Positions 39,348 to 51,000 of a stretch of DNA of 64,000 nt are shown here, in pieces (the stretch's first letter is position 1; each line of letters opens with the position of its first letter). The stretch spans positions 74,836,001 to 74,900,000 of the forward strand of contig NC_087436.1 of assembly GCF_036321535.1 (NCBI RefSeq). Direction: 5' to 3'. Below the pieces are notes generated by a model. The model worked only from the letters and a program-made list of their open reading frames with translations, was not told the origin of the DNA and ran no database searches. Made by a program: the position numbers and the translations under genes. This DNA comes from Camelus dromedarius. Taxonomy: Eukaryota.

Positions 39348-40539
39348 TACTATTGACCAAGTGGGTCCCATCTGTGCCACTCAAGTTTGCAAGTGTTTCC
39401 ACCTGGATATGTGCCTCCAAAAATCCTACAAGGAGGCTTGCTTGGTGATTAGGGAATACACTTCTTATAAAGGAAAGTTTTAGAGTTGATACCTGCCCTG
39501 AGTAAGACTGGCCCTGCACTCTCAGGACTCACCATCCTTTCCCTCAGCCCCCAAGGCATTCAATTGCTATAGGAGTGACTATTAGCTAAACTGAGAGTCG
39601 TCCCCTGTCATCCATAGATGAACATTTCTCCTCTGATTTCTGGGTCATTACTAATATTTGCATAGAGTTCAGCTGTTTCCCACCTGCTGTTAAGCCAGTT
39701 CAGTTGATCCTCACAGCCATGTCAAGTCCTAAGTCAAAAAGGTCTTAATCTCTCTGCTATTAGCTTCCTTACTTATTAAAAAGAAGAATAAGTATTTGCT
39801 CAAGGTAACTCAGGGTGTGCAGCCAGAATTTCAAGTCTGGCTTATTCATTTCAAGTCCAGGGTTCTTCCCACCACTTCATGCCATCTTACTAGATGACTT
39901 CTTCCTAGGTGTTTAAATATGTATTTTTTAAATTAAAGCTAAAAGATGTTTCCTCTATGGTATTTACTAAAAGATGTCTTCAAAATTATGGAGTCAGCTA
40001 TTGACTACTTTCAAAGTAGCATTTTCTGCCTTTAGCATATTTTGTGATCCCTCACCTTAAGGTGAGATTCATACATTCTTTTTCTGTGGTAGCAAGACTG
40101 CCCAGTTAGAGTTCTCTGTTGGTGAAGGAATCAGTATCAGCTCTGTTCTTAATGTTTGTGTGGTTCTTCCCTTCCTTCCAACCCCCGCCTCACCTCTCTT
40201 ACCCAAACACCTCTTCTACGTGACATAGGTGTCACACCTTTGGGACTTGGTCTTACTTTTCCATGTTCTACTTCTCCTTCTAGATCACCCACTGAATGAA
40301 ACGTGAAATCCAATGTGAGGATAGGATAGACTCAGATCCTACTGCTAACCTCAGTAACCACCAGAGACTCCTGAAGACCAGAGCTGTACCAAGTCATACC
40401 ACACCAAATATCTCTGGTTTCAGCACCATAACAGATAGCTGGCATGTCTGCACAACACATAATAATCCTCTTCTCTTAAACTGTCCCTTCTTCTCATTTT
40501 AGGAGTAGGCTCATAGAATCTATTACATAATTGTGTCCC

Positions 40540-40901
40540 TGGCATTAGCAGAGGCTGGATAGATCCCATCTAATCAAAAGAGACACAATCAGATCTTGTC
40601 CAAGGATGTGGAATTAAGTCAGCATGTTAATGGGTGGCTGGAAATAAAACATGTAAACTTAAGAAGTGTGGGGTTGCTGTATTCTATCAATAGCCTAGGA
40701 GAGCAGAGAAAAATTATCTGAATATGTAGAAACAGAGATGGGAGAGTTCTGGCAGTTTATCAGACTTAGCTTCTTGTCACTTTCTGAGGCCCAGCTGACT
40801 TCTTAACTTTAGAGTCTGTTCAAAATCCTCTCTCTCTCTCTCTCTCTCTTTTTTTTAAATAAAGTTGGTTTACTTGACACTAGAGAGTCATAACTTATAG
40901 A
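40540..40901 (+). mobile_element. Old MaLR LTR (MLT1K-like)
   Basis: 3' end aaagttggtttacttgacactagagagtcataacttataga and ttctgaggcccagctg motif. Confidence 0.5.
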
Positions 40902-41587
40902 GCTGGTTAAATTTATCCATAAGCTTCCTCTTTATCTTGACTTCTCATCCTCTTGAATTCCTGCCAGGATCTGGAGTAGAAACCTTGCAGGAAATTTATT
41001 TGTGCCCATGTATTTATCCCAGTTTCCTTCCTGCCTGCTTCTCTCCCCACCCTCCAAACCACAACTTCTTTTTGATATTGTTCTTTCAAACACGTCCACT
41101 GCTGACTGCAACTCCCATTTGTCCTATAAATAAACTTTCCTATATACATCACAGCAAAATAGACTACCTCTACACTTTTTGCCTCTAATTGAAACCTGGA
41201 CATGCTGATTTCTTGGTCACTCACTAGAAAAGAATCTGCGCATTCTCCAGACGACCTTAAAATCTGGCATGGAACTCAGTATCAGTGTCCTGGTTCTACC
41301 CTGTCCACAGATAGGTCGTGGATCTTCAGTTATTCTGACAACCTTCCTCAGGTACTGGTTATGCCTGTCATTACTGCTATCATCTTATGAAACCTCCCCA
41401 TCCCCAATTCCCAAATGCACACAGATTCATTGAGGATTTGGGAACCTGGAAATGATAATACTCCTTGATTTAACTCTTGTCATCCTAAGACTAGTCATCA
41501 TCTATGTCATCGTCTCATCCTTTATTCTAGTCTGCTTTTTGGTCGTCTATTCCCCTGAATAACATTTAACAAATATGAATATGGCTT

Positions 41588-42064
41588 TGTGGCAAATACT
41601 GTGGATTGCCTGCCTTGTGCGCACTCAGTTTCTTTACTCAACGGCAGCTGATTCTTGGTTACCACTCAGCCTCCTTGGCAACTAGCTGTTGGTGGCTAAG
41701 TGACCCATTATGATCAAGGAAACATTAAGGAAAACTTTTGAAATGTTTCCTTAATTGATAAAAGGAGGGAAGCTTGGAAGAGACTCCAAATCTCCTTTTC
41801 TACTTCTGGACTTTGTCATGTGAGGATATGATGTTTGGAGCTACTGCAGTCATCTTATAGCTCTGACTGATAGTTCTGACCAACACCTGAGGTTGTAGAA
41901 AAGATAGAAAACTCTGTAGTTCTCAGTGACACGGTGGAGCTTCCAATCCAACACTGCAACCACCTACTTCTGGATTTCCTGTTACTTGAGAAAAGTACAC
42001 TCCAAACGTTTGTCACCTTTAGATCAGTACCTCTGATACTTGTAGCTGAAAGCAAATTAGGTAC
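41588..42064 (+). mobile_element. MaLR LTR (MLT1I/J-like), probably inside an antisense L2 tail
   Basis: tgtggcaaatactg start; atgtgaggatatgatgtttggagctactgcagtcatctt; end acttgtagctgaaagcaaattaggtaca. Confidence 0.75.
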
Positions 42065-42212
42065 ACTACTAGGACACCAAGAAGCTTATTAGGAAATAAG
42101 GCACAGGATGAGTCCTTGCCCTTAAAGAATATACTTTAGTGAGGAGGTAGTCATGCAAAGTAGAAGTGCATTATATTTGCTAGACTAGTGGTAAACTAGA
42201 CCGTTAAGTTTT

Positions 42213-42464
42213 TTTTTTTTTAAACTGGTTATGCTTTTTTTTTTTTTTTTTTTAGTTCAACAACATTACTAAATAAAAGACAGGGCCTAATTCTACAGAT
42301 TCTCAGACAATAAACTTTTAAATTTAAAAATTGGGAGGAAGGGGAAAAATAGTATATCACAAACCTATGTGCCCTCTACCCTTTCCTCTTTTTAAATGTA
42401 TATACTTAAAAAAATGACCTTTTTTAAATTGTAGTATAGTTGGTATGTGTTAGCTCCAGGTGTG
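42213..42464 (-). mobile_element. Tiny L1 3' end plus unique sequence and poly(A) runs (probable 3' transduction)
   Basis: Imperfect TSD 42199-42212 / 42465-42478; L1 terminal ~45 bp at 42420-42464; T-runs at 42209-42221 and 42235-42253. Confidence 0.65.
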
Positions 42465-43679
42465 GACCATTAATTTTTGACATGACAGAGTTGGTGTCTG
42501 CTTTGTTTGTTGTATCCCTAAAGCCTACTCTGGCACCAAAAATATGGTGAATGCTCAAAAGAACTGAAGAAACGGTGACAGGAAGTGAAATCTCAATTCC
42601 TGTGTGTTTCTAAGGTTGCAAAAACTTAAGAAGGATTGTTGACTTTCTGACTCATTTTAAATGGGGGGGCGTATACAATTAGGAGGAATCAGTCTTCTAG
42701 ACTAGACCTCTGGTTCTTTGGTTACTGTAAGGAAGATGGGTGTGTGTGTGTCTATGTATGTGTGTATGAGTAAGAGAGAGACAGAGACCCAGTGACCAAT
42801 TTTCACTGAATGAAACTCTGGTTTTCTAGATGTGATTCAATTTTCCAGCTGGAAATCAGGCCATGTCATCAACTCATCTTACAAGATTATGTGTTACAAA
42901 CACTAGCATTTCCAGCATAAACTTTGAATTAAATAAAAGTACCACATTTTACTGACAACTTCTAAAAAATATCAAGTTAAATCAAATTAATACCAAATAT
43001 TCTTAGAATCCCACAACTTAGCTAGATTTATTATCATTTGGTACTTTCAGTGCTGTTTGACTTCACTTATACTAATGTGTTGAATCAAACTTTTAAAAAG
43101 GAGAAGTAAGAATTTGGTATTATTCACACCAAACACTGAAGCACCACTCTTTTCACCCAATCTTAAGGGGAAAAAATTATTATAGGGAAGATATCTAAGT
43201 TTTAAAAATTGTATCACATCCATAAATGGAACTGGAGTCTCACATTCCAGTCTGATTAACAGCTGCCTTCATTGCTCCCCAAATGCCAAATTTTCACTCT
43301 AGATGTAAGACATATGCTCTTTGAGCTCAGTGTGCCACGAAGCACAACTGTGGCACATTGATGTTGCCAGCACTTTAGGAAGAAGAAAAATAGCATCAAA
43401 AACACTGAAGTCCTACAGTAGAGAAGGTTAGAAACACAAATGTTGAAGTACTATGATCTCAAAGTAATAGTTTCCCTAATTTTATTAGCAAGAAGACACA
43501 GAAGCATAGCAATGCACGGTAACTTAGCATTTCTGCCTCTTTACTAGCTATTCGCAAATTGCAAAGCACCATAAAACAGTGGTAACTGGGGCAGGCCAGG
43601 GGGCTGTGACATGGGCACCAGGAGTCTCTGCTATAAGACTTTTCTTTGCTCCACGTATTACACTCGGTCCTGGGATATC

Positions 43680-43800
43680 TATTAACTTGCTGGTCTCAGG
43701 ATTCCTTTACGCTTGTGAAAATTACTGAGGGCTCCAAAGAACTTCTTCTTATGTGGGTTGATCTATTAGTATTTCCTATACTGGTGTTGAAACTATTTCT
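43680..43800 (+). mobile_element. Charlie1-type hAT transposon end fragment
   Basis: tggtctcaggattcctttacgcttgtgaaaattactgagggctccaaagaacttcttcttatgtgggtt. Confidence 0.7.
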
Positions 43801-43922
43801 GGATAAAGCACATGCACTTAAGAAAGATGGGCAGACAAGGTTATACTTTCTTCCATCTAAATTCATCAGCCTCCTGCAGGGTATCCCTACCTTGGGACTT
43901 CTGCTCTTGGTATATAGAGGGA

Positions 43923-44109
43923 TTAGATAAAAAACAAATTTCTTCTGTATATCACAGGGAACTATATTCAGTATCTTACATTAACCTTTAATGAAAAAGA
44001 ATATGAAAACAGATATATGTATGTGTATGCATGACTGGGACATTATGCTGTACACTAGAAATTGATGAGTTGTAACCAACTATACTTCAATGAAAAAAAA
44101 ACAAACAAA
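43923..44109 (+). mobile_element. Short L1 3' end
   Basis: TSD ggtatatagaggga / ggcatataggggga (43909-43922 / 44110-44123); similar to 11824-12053. Confidence 0.85.
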
Positions 44110-44319
44110 GGCATATAGGGGGAGGAAACCAACACCGACTGTATCTCAGAAGGAAGGACTCTATTGCATGCTGGAAGGGATCACCATGTATGTTTTTCCT
44201 CGAGCTACCACATCAGTTCCAAGATTTGAAAAGCGGTGCCTTTGGTGGTGCAATAGCTTAAGCAAAGGTCTAAATACCCAATGGACTTAAATTATCTCTT
44301 CCCAAAACCATCAACTGAG

Positions 44320-44566
44320 GCTGAGGCTAACTCTGAAAGTGATCATGCAGTTCCAGAGCCAGAATCAGACATGAAGATGAGATTACCAAGATAAGCCAAA
44401 ACAGCAGCACTAGGAAAAGTAAACTTAACCTTGCACAATATCTCAATGAAGATAAAAGTTAGGAGAAGAGATGATGGAGCTGGAGTCCTTTGAAAAATGT
44501 CCTTTAAAATTGTGTTCGGTTCCTTGCTTTAATAAAGTTACCCTTGTATGAAACTTAAAAAAAAAA
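44320..44566 (+). pseudogene. NCAPG: 5'-truncated processed pseudogene of NCAPG (condensin I subunit G): C-terminal codons + 3' UTR + poly(A)
   Basis: Translates AEANSESDHAVPEPESDMKMRLPR*AKTAALGK/[frameshift]/KLNLAQYLNEDKS*, versus the mammalian NCAPG C-terminus as I recall it (AEADSESDHEVPEPESEMKMRLPRRAKTAALEKSKLNLAQFLNEDLS*). Premature TAA 44392-44394; stop 44460-44462; AATAAA 44531-44536; A10 at 44557-44566. Confidence 0.9.
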
Positions 44567-44740
44567 TGAGAATGCAGTGGCCACAATTTGTACAACATTT
44601 TATATCTAGCTAGGCATGTCTATGGACTGGGTTCCCTCTCCATTCCCATCTTGGAAAAATCCAGGGATAAAAAGTTGATAACCAACATACATACATACAA
44701 AAATCGTATTTAAACTTAAGGTGGACACAGAAAGCATAAA

Positions 44741-45288
44741 TGCCTTAGCCCTACAAAACAGAGGCTGAGGCAAAGCTGACATGCAAACTTAAGGTAAGAG
44801 ATCCCAGGGCAACAAGAGTGAAAGAAAGTGAAGGGAAATAGGAAAGAAGTGACCAAGTGATACATCATCAAGCAAGCTATAGCGTCACAAAAACTCATAG
44901 AGGGGTTGCTGGGACACAGGAGACATCTCTGAAAAGGCCATATGAAAGGTACCACCGGGTCTTGGAGACCCCTGGTGGGGGATCACGAGAAAAGATGAAG
45001 GATTTGTTAGCTCCCTTCTGTTCTCCATTGGTCAAGATTTTCTCACAGAACAACAGCTTACCCAGAGTATGTTACTCGGCCACTCCAAGCACCTGCCAGG
45101 TGAGCCAGAGCCTTCACAGTCTGGTTAAGTTAAACCTTGGCAGTGGAGCACCATGGAAGCTGTACCCTGGAAGAAGATGAGACCACCCGTGGTATCTGAG
45201 TTGAGGCTATAGCAGCAGTGACCACTGAACAAGGTTGGGAGTGGAGCTGAGCAAATCCAAGAAGATGCATAAACTAAGCCTGGCATAA
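44741..45288 (-). mobile_element. Old ERV-L-type LTR (subfamily uncertain)
   Basis: ccctacaaaacagaggctgaggcaaag...gatcccagggcaacaagagtga resembles the antisense 3' end of LTR33/LTR50-type LTRs. Confidence 0.55.
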
Positions 45289-47159
45289 ATACCACTTGAC
45301 TAAAAAGTCAGTTTGTGCGTGTATCTGGAATTTGAGAATACAGTGACTACAATTTGTACAACATTTTATATCTAGGCATTTTCCAGTTATTGAAAAAACA
45401 CAGAGCCAAGCAGCCTAAGATGAACCAATAGCCTAACCAATACAGCCATCTTTGCATCCCCTGTTCAAAAGCCACCCTACTTTACTTAATGCATTAGAAG
45501 ATAACCTTGCTTATAAATAGTTTGAAGCTTATTTGTTGCCAAAAAAACAGAAAAACTGTTATCATTTTCCTTTAGTTTCTTATTTTTTGAGTCCTATGAT
45601 GACTGGTACTACTTAGAACATTATTGGATTTTAAAAGTGGTTAAAAAAAGCCCAACAGAACAAATACTAGCAGTCACGATTAACAGTCAAGAGACAGCTC
45701 ACTGTTTACTTGGCGGTCCCTGGGGCATCTTTGATGGATGGTTCTTAATAGTGCTATATTGTGTAACTTAGAAACAGAGTTCAAAAATCCCCAAATGTCA
45801 CAATACATCAGAATTTCAAGGCTTTTTTTCATCTAGAGTTCAGAATGTGGCACCTACATAAGGCAATAAGCTTTTAATGGATCTAGGATTCCAGGTAGCT
45901 ATGTATTGTCTTACCTTAAGCAGATAAAACTTTTAAAAAATGATTGGTTCCTTAAAATACAGTGACATAGAAGTTAGGACTCCTTCAAGAATGCCGATCA
46001 ACCACCATTCTATTTCTCTTTAGTTCATACCATCTTTGATGATCAAGATTCTAAATATAGTTTACCCTCACCATCTGCCAACCCACATCTTAAATAGCAA
46101 AGAATAGAAGTAGATGATCAAATGCCCATTCCCACGGGGATATTTTTATCAGCGCTTTTAGCGTTTATCATCTATCTCATTCTATACAGCTACTGCCTCC
46201 ACATTTCCTGTCTGCCCACTGCTTGGTCCAATCCTGGACCTTTCTGGATGCTTTTGGAGGACAGTTTATCAGATTGATTGTTCACAAAGCATAAAAGCAC
46301 ATCATCAGACATATGTGAATGCCTAAATAGCACTCTTCAGCACTCCACTGGCTCAAAGCCTACTACTCATGAACAGAGGATGGCCAACAGGCCCAGAGGC
46401 TGCAGAAGGAAGAGAAACTGCTTGAATACATGAACACTTAACAGCTCCCAGACCGGAGGCTCATGCTAGTGATGATTACTATGCTAGTAATGCTGAGGCT
46501 GCAAAGAAAGAGCACCCCTTCCTCCCAGCTACACCAACCCAACTCCTACAACACAGTATTGCTTGACTAGGCAGCCTTGGTAACTGATATCATAATATCA
46601 GAGATGCCTTCTTTGAATTCAAGAATTGTCCTTTTCAAGGTGGAGGGCTTCTGCAGGGTAGAGGTTACTGCTATTGCTCAGTGGATCTATTGGGATTGGA
46701 CTCTTTTATTCATTCAATGCACTGTGCATTGTCAGAGTGCAAGTAGATGAAAAATCTAAGTGATGCTGGGTGAGAAAGGGAAGGAGAAAATTGAGAGCAT
46801 GGAAAGACAGCCCTGGGGTGGGAAGTGGAGTGAAATTCCTCAGTCACCCTGTTGAGTGTCAGAATAAAAGACCCATGACCAGTTCCACCTTCGCCACTTT
46901 GCTCAGCTTCATCTGGGAACCATGATTTAGGAGACTGAGGATGGGGAATAATATCAAACTACTCAAATCTACTAGTTTAATTAAAATCTTTAGCCAATTA
47001 CTCTTGCCTGGTTAATAACGTTAACAAGAACTTTGAACAGAATCACATTCTTCCCTGTTTCAGACAAATTCTTGGCTAGAAGAGAGAGGGTGAATAATAG
47101 CTAGCTTGCCTTGAGTTGCACATAAACCACAGCCTATCTGACCTATGTCTGTGGCATCA

Positions 47160-47570
47160 TGCCCAAACTCCACAGCATGCCCTACAAGGCCTTTGGGGTC
47201 TGAGCTCATTGGCCTCTTCAGCATCACTTCTTGTCATACCTCCATTTGTACCATTTGCTCCTGCCATACCAAAAGGCTTACTATTTTCCCAAATATGCAT
47301 TTCCTTAGCCTAAAATGCTGCCCTTCTTCCAGTGCCTTAATTTTGGAGTATTTCACTTAATTATACTCTGATTGAGTGTTATTGTTTTCAAAAAGTAAAA
47401 CTTTCCTGACTAGTTCTCCCTTATAACCCATTTTCACTTGTAGAGGTCCCTTCTTTTGGGTTCTTCTCATGGGTTTACCTCTCCAATTAGTTCTCTGAGG
47501 TCAGAAACTCTTCTTTTCTCTGTATCTCCAGTGTCTACCACATAGTGGATGTTCTTATTTGTTGGTTAAG
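47160..47570 (+). mobile_element. LINE-2 3' fragment
   Basis: ccaaactccacagcatgccctacaaggcc...tgtatctccagtgtctaccacatagtggatgttc. Confidence 0.7.
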
Positions 47571-48040
47571 GAGATATAAACAACTCTTATTGCCTAAACA
47601 TTTGTTTATATAAGTTGTTTAGCTTCCATCATCAAATACCTATTAAGCAACAAATTTTAAATGGCAGAGTGCAAATAATTGGTTGGACTATTTCCACTTT
47701 TATTTTCTCCATCATCTTTTCCTAGAATGCAAATTGCAGTAATTGATTCCAGTCCAGTGAGTTCTTTGGACATCCATGCTGTTTCAAATCAGAGGTTCCA
47801 CTTGGCTTTCTCTATGCTTCGTAACTGAATACCAACCTCATTGATAATAAGAAGTGAACTGTAATTTGGTATGATTACAGTGAGTCATGTTAACTGTGTG
47901 TGTATACATAAGTCTTCTCAATTTGCTTGGACTTTTGCATGACAAATAAATTCTACATTTTTTTTCTCTTGGTGCCAAGTGAAGAGTATTTCTGTCTGAA
48001 TGGAGAGGAAAAATATTTTAGTTAAAAATAACTTTATCCA

Positions 48041-51000
48041 GGAGAAAGCATTCTGGAAACATAGCAGAGTAGGGGGCACTAGGAATCTGTCTTCTACTTA
48101 GACCACAACTGCACTGGCAGAATTTGTCTGATGTAACTATCTTAGAACTCTGGGGTCTGTAAAAGGCTTACACTTCCACGGGAAGACTTAGACAGTAAAT
48201 TGTGATTAGTTTTGGTCAATTTTAGCTCTTTAACACAGTAGCAACTGTCCACCTTCTACCCACAGCCACAGGACAGACAGCTGTGCATATGTTCCTGGAG
48301 TAGCTTTCACATAGCTTGCAGGAGCCAGGATGAGCAAAAAGACCATTGTCCTCTAAATATTGAAAATTTGTGCTTTGACTGATGATTGCTGCTTCAGATC
48401 ACGGAAGTTCAGACAACATCTCTCCTTATAAGTAATTACTTTAAATGTGAATGGATTAAACTCTCCAATCAGAAGACAGAGATGGACAGAATGGGTAAAA
48501 ATACATGACTCAACTATATGCCATCTACAAGAGACTCACTTGAGGTTGAAAGATACAAACAGGTTGAAAATAGAAGGATGGAAACATATTCCATGTAAAT
48601 AGTAACCAAAAGAGAGAAGGAATGGCTATACTAAAATCAGACAAAACAGACTTCAAATAAAAAATGTTTACAAGAGACGAAGAAGGACATTATATATTAA
48701 TAAAAGTTTTAATACAGCAAGTAGATACAACAATTATAAACATATACATGTCTAATGACAGACCAACAAAATATATGAAGCAAAAACTGACAGAATTGAA
48801 AGGAGAGAGAGAGTTCTACAATAGTAGTTGGAGACTTCAATATCCCTCTCACAATAATGAGAGATAGAAAGTAAGTAAGGAAAAGAGGACTTGACACAAT
48901 AAACCAACTAGATGTAACAGATATGTATAGAATAGAACATTCAACCCCAAAACAACAGCATACACATTCTTCTTAAATGCACATGGGACATTTTTCAGGA
49001 TAAATCATAAGTTAGGCCATAAATTAAGTCTCAGTAGATTTAAAAAGATAGATATCATACAAAATATCTCCTCCTACCACAATGGAATGAAGTTAGACAT
49101 CAATACCATAAAGAAAACTGGAAAATTCACAAAATTGTGCAAATTAAAAAACACATTTTATACAACCAACGGATCAAAGAAGAAATCATAAGGGAAATTA
49201 GAAAATACTTACAGAGACAAATGAAAAATGAAAACACAACATACCAAAACTTATGGGACACAACAAAAGTGGTGTTTAGAGGGAAATTTATAGCTATAAA
49301 TTTTTTTTTGCATTCATGTATGTTTTTAATTAAATTCTCCAATATTCCAGTAGGTGAGTCATTAAAAAGGCATTAAATAAGTTAAAAAGATCTCAAGTCA
49401 ACAAGCTAAGTTTAAACTTAAGGAACTAGATGAAGAAGAACAAACTAAACTCAAAGCTAGCAAAAAGGAAGCAAATAAAAAGACTATAGCAGAGATAAAA
49501 AAATAGAGAGAGTAGAAAAGTAATGAAGAAAATTAATGAAGCCAAAAGTTGGTTCTTTTAAAAGATAAACAAGATTGACAAATCTTTAGCTACATCAACT
49601 AAGAAAAAAAGAGGGAAGACAAAAACACTAAAGTCAGAAATGAAAGTGGGGACACTACTATCAACTCTACAAAAATAAACAGGATTGTAAGAGTACTATG
49701 AACAATTCTACATCAAAAAAAAAAAAAGATCACCTAGATAAAATGGACAAGTTAATAGAAATACAAAACCTAACAACACTAGAAATCGAAATAGACCTAT
49801 AGTTAGTAAGGAGACTGAATCAGTAATCAAAACTCTCCTGACAAAGAAAAGCCCTGGACTTGATGGCCTCACTGGTGAACTCTGCCGAACATTTAAAGAA
49901 CTGAACTAATCCTTCACTAACTTTTCCAAAAAACTGAAGAGGAGGGAACACATCCTAGCATATTTTATAAGGCCAGCATAAGCTGATACCAAAGCCAGAG
50001 AAGGACACGACAAGAAGACTACAGATTAATATTCCTTATGAACTTTGATGCAAAAATACTCAACAAAATACTAGCAAACAGAATTCAGCAGCATATTTAA
50101 AAGATTATATAACATGACCAAGTGGGATATATTCCTGAAATGCAGAGATGGTTTAACATACGAAAATTGATCAATATAATAGACTGCATCAATGCAATGA
50201 AAGGGAAAAAACAACATGATCATCTCAATTGATGCTGAAAAACCATTTGAGAAAATTCATACACTTTCATGATCAAAACACTCAATAAAATAGGAAAAGA
50301 AGGAAATTACCTCCATGTAACAAAAGCCATGTGTGAAAGATCCACAGAAAACATACTCAAAGGGGACAGACTGAAAGCTTTTTCTTTAAAATCAGGAACA
50401 AGGCAAGGATGCCTACTTTCACCACTTCTGTTCATCATAGTACTGGAAGTTCTAGTCAGAGAAATTAGGCAAGAAAAATAAATAAAAAGACGTCCAAATT
50501 TTGGAAAGGAAGAAGTGAATCTGTTTGCAGATGATACAATCTCATATGTAGAAAATCCTAAAGATTCCACAAAATGCTCTTAGAGCTGGTAGGTCAATTA
50601 ATCAAAGTAGCAGGATACAAAACCAACATCAAAAATCAACTGCGTTTCTATAAATGAACAATGAAAAATCTGAAAGGGAATTACAAAAACAATTCCAGTT
50701 ATAATAATAGCATCAAAAAGAATAAAATGCCTAAAAATTAAGTTAATCAAGGAGTGAAAGGCTTGTACAATGAAAATTATAAAACATTGCTGAAAAAATA
50801 AAGATGTAAATAAATGAAAATACATCCCATGTTCATGGATTAGAAGTCTTAAATTATAAAATTTCAATAATACCCAAAGCAATCTACAGATTCAATCCAA
50901 TCCCTATCAATATCCCAATGATGCTTTTTGAAGAAATAGGAAACCCATCTTAAAATTCATAAGGAATCTCAAGGGACCCTGAATAGCCAAAATAATCTTG

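Noticed and set aside
44320..44462. True NCAPG last exon
   Set aside because: Premature stop, frameshift, no splice acceptor, A-tail after AATAAA, and no other NCAPG exons in the window.
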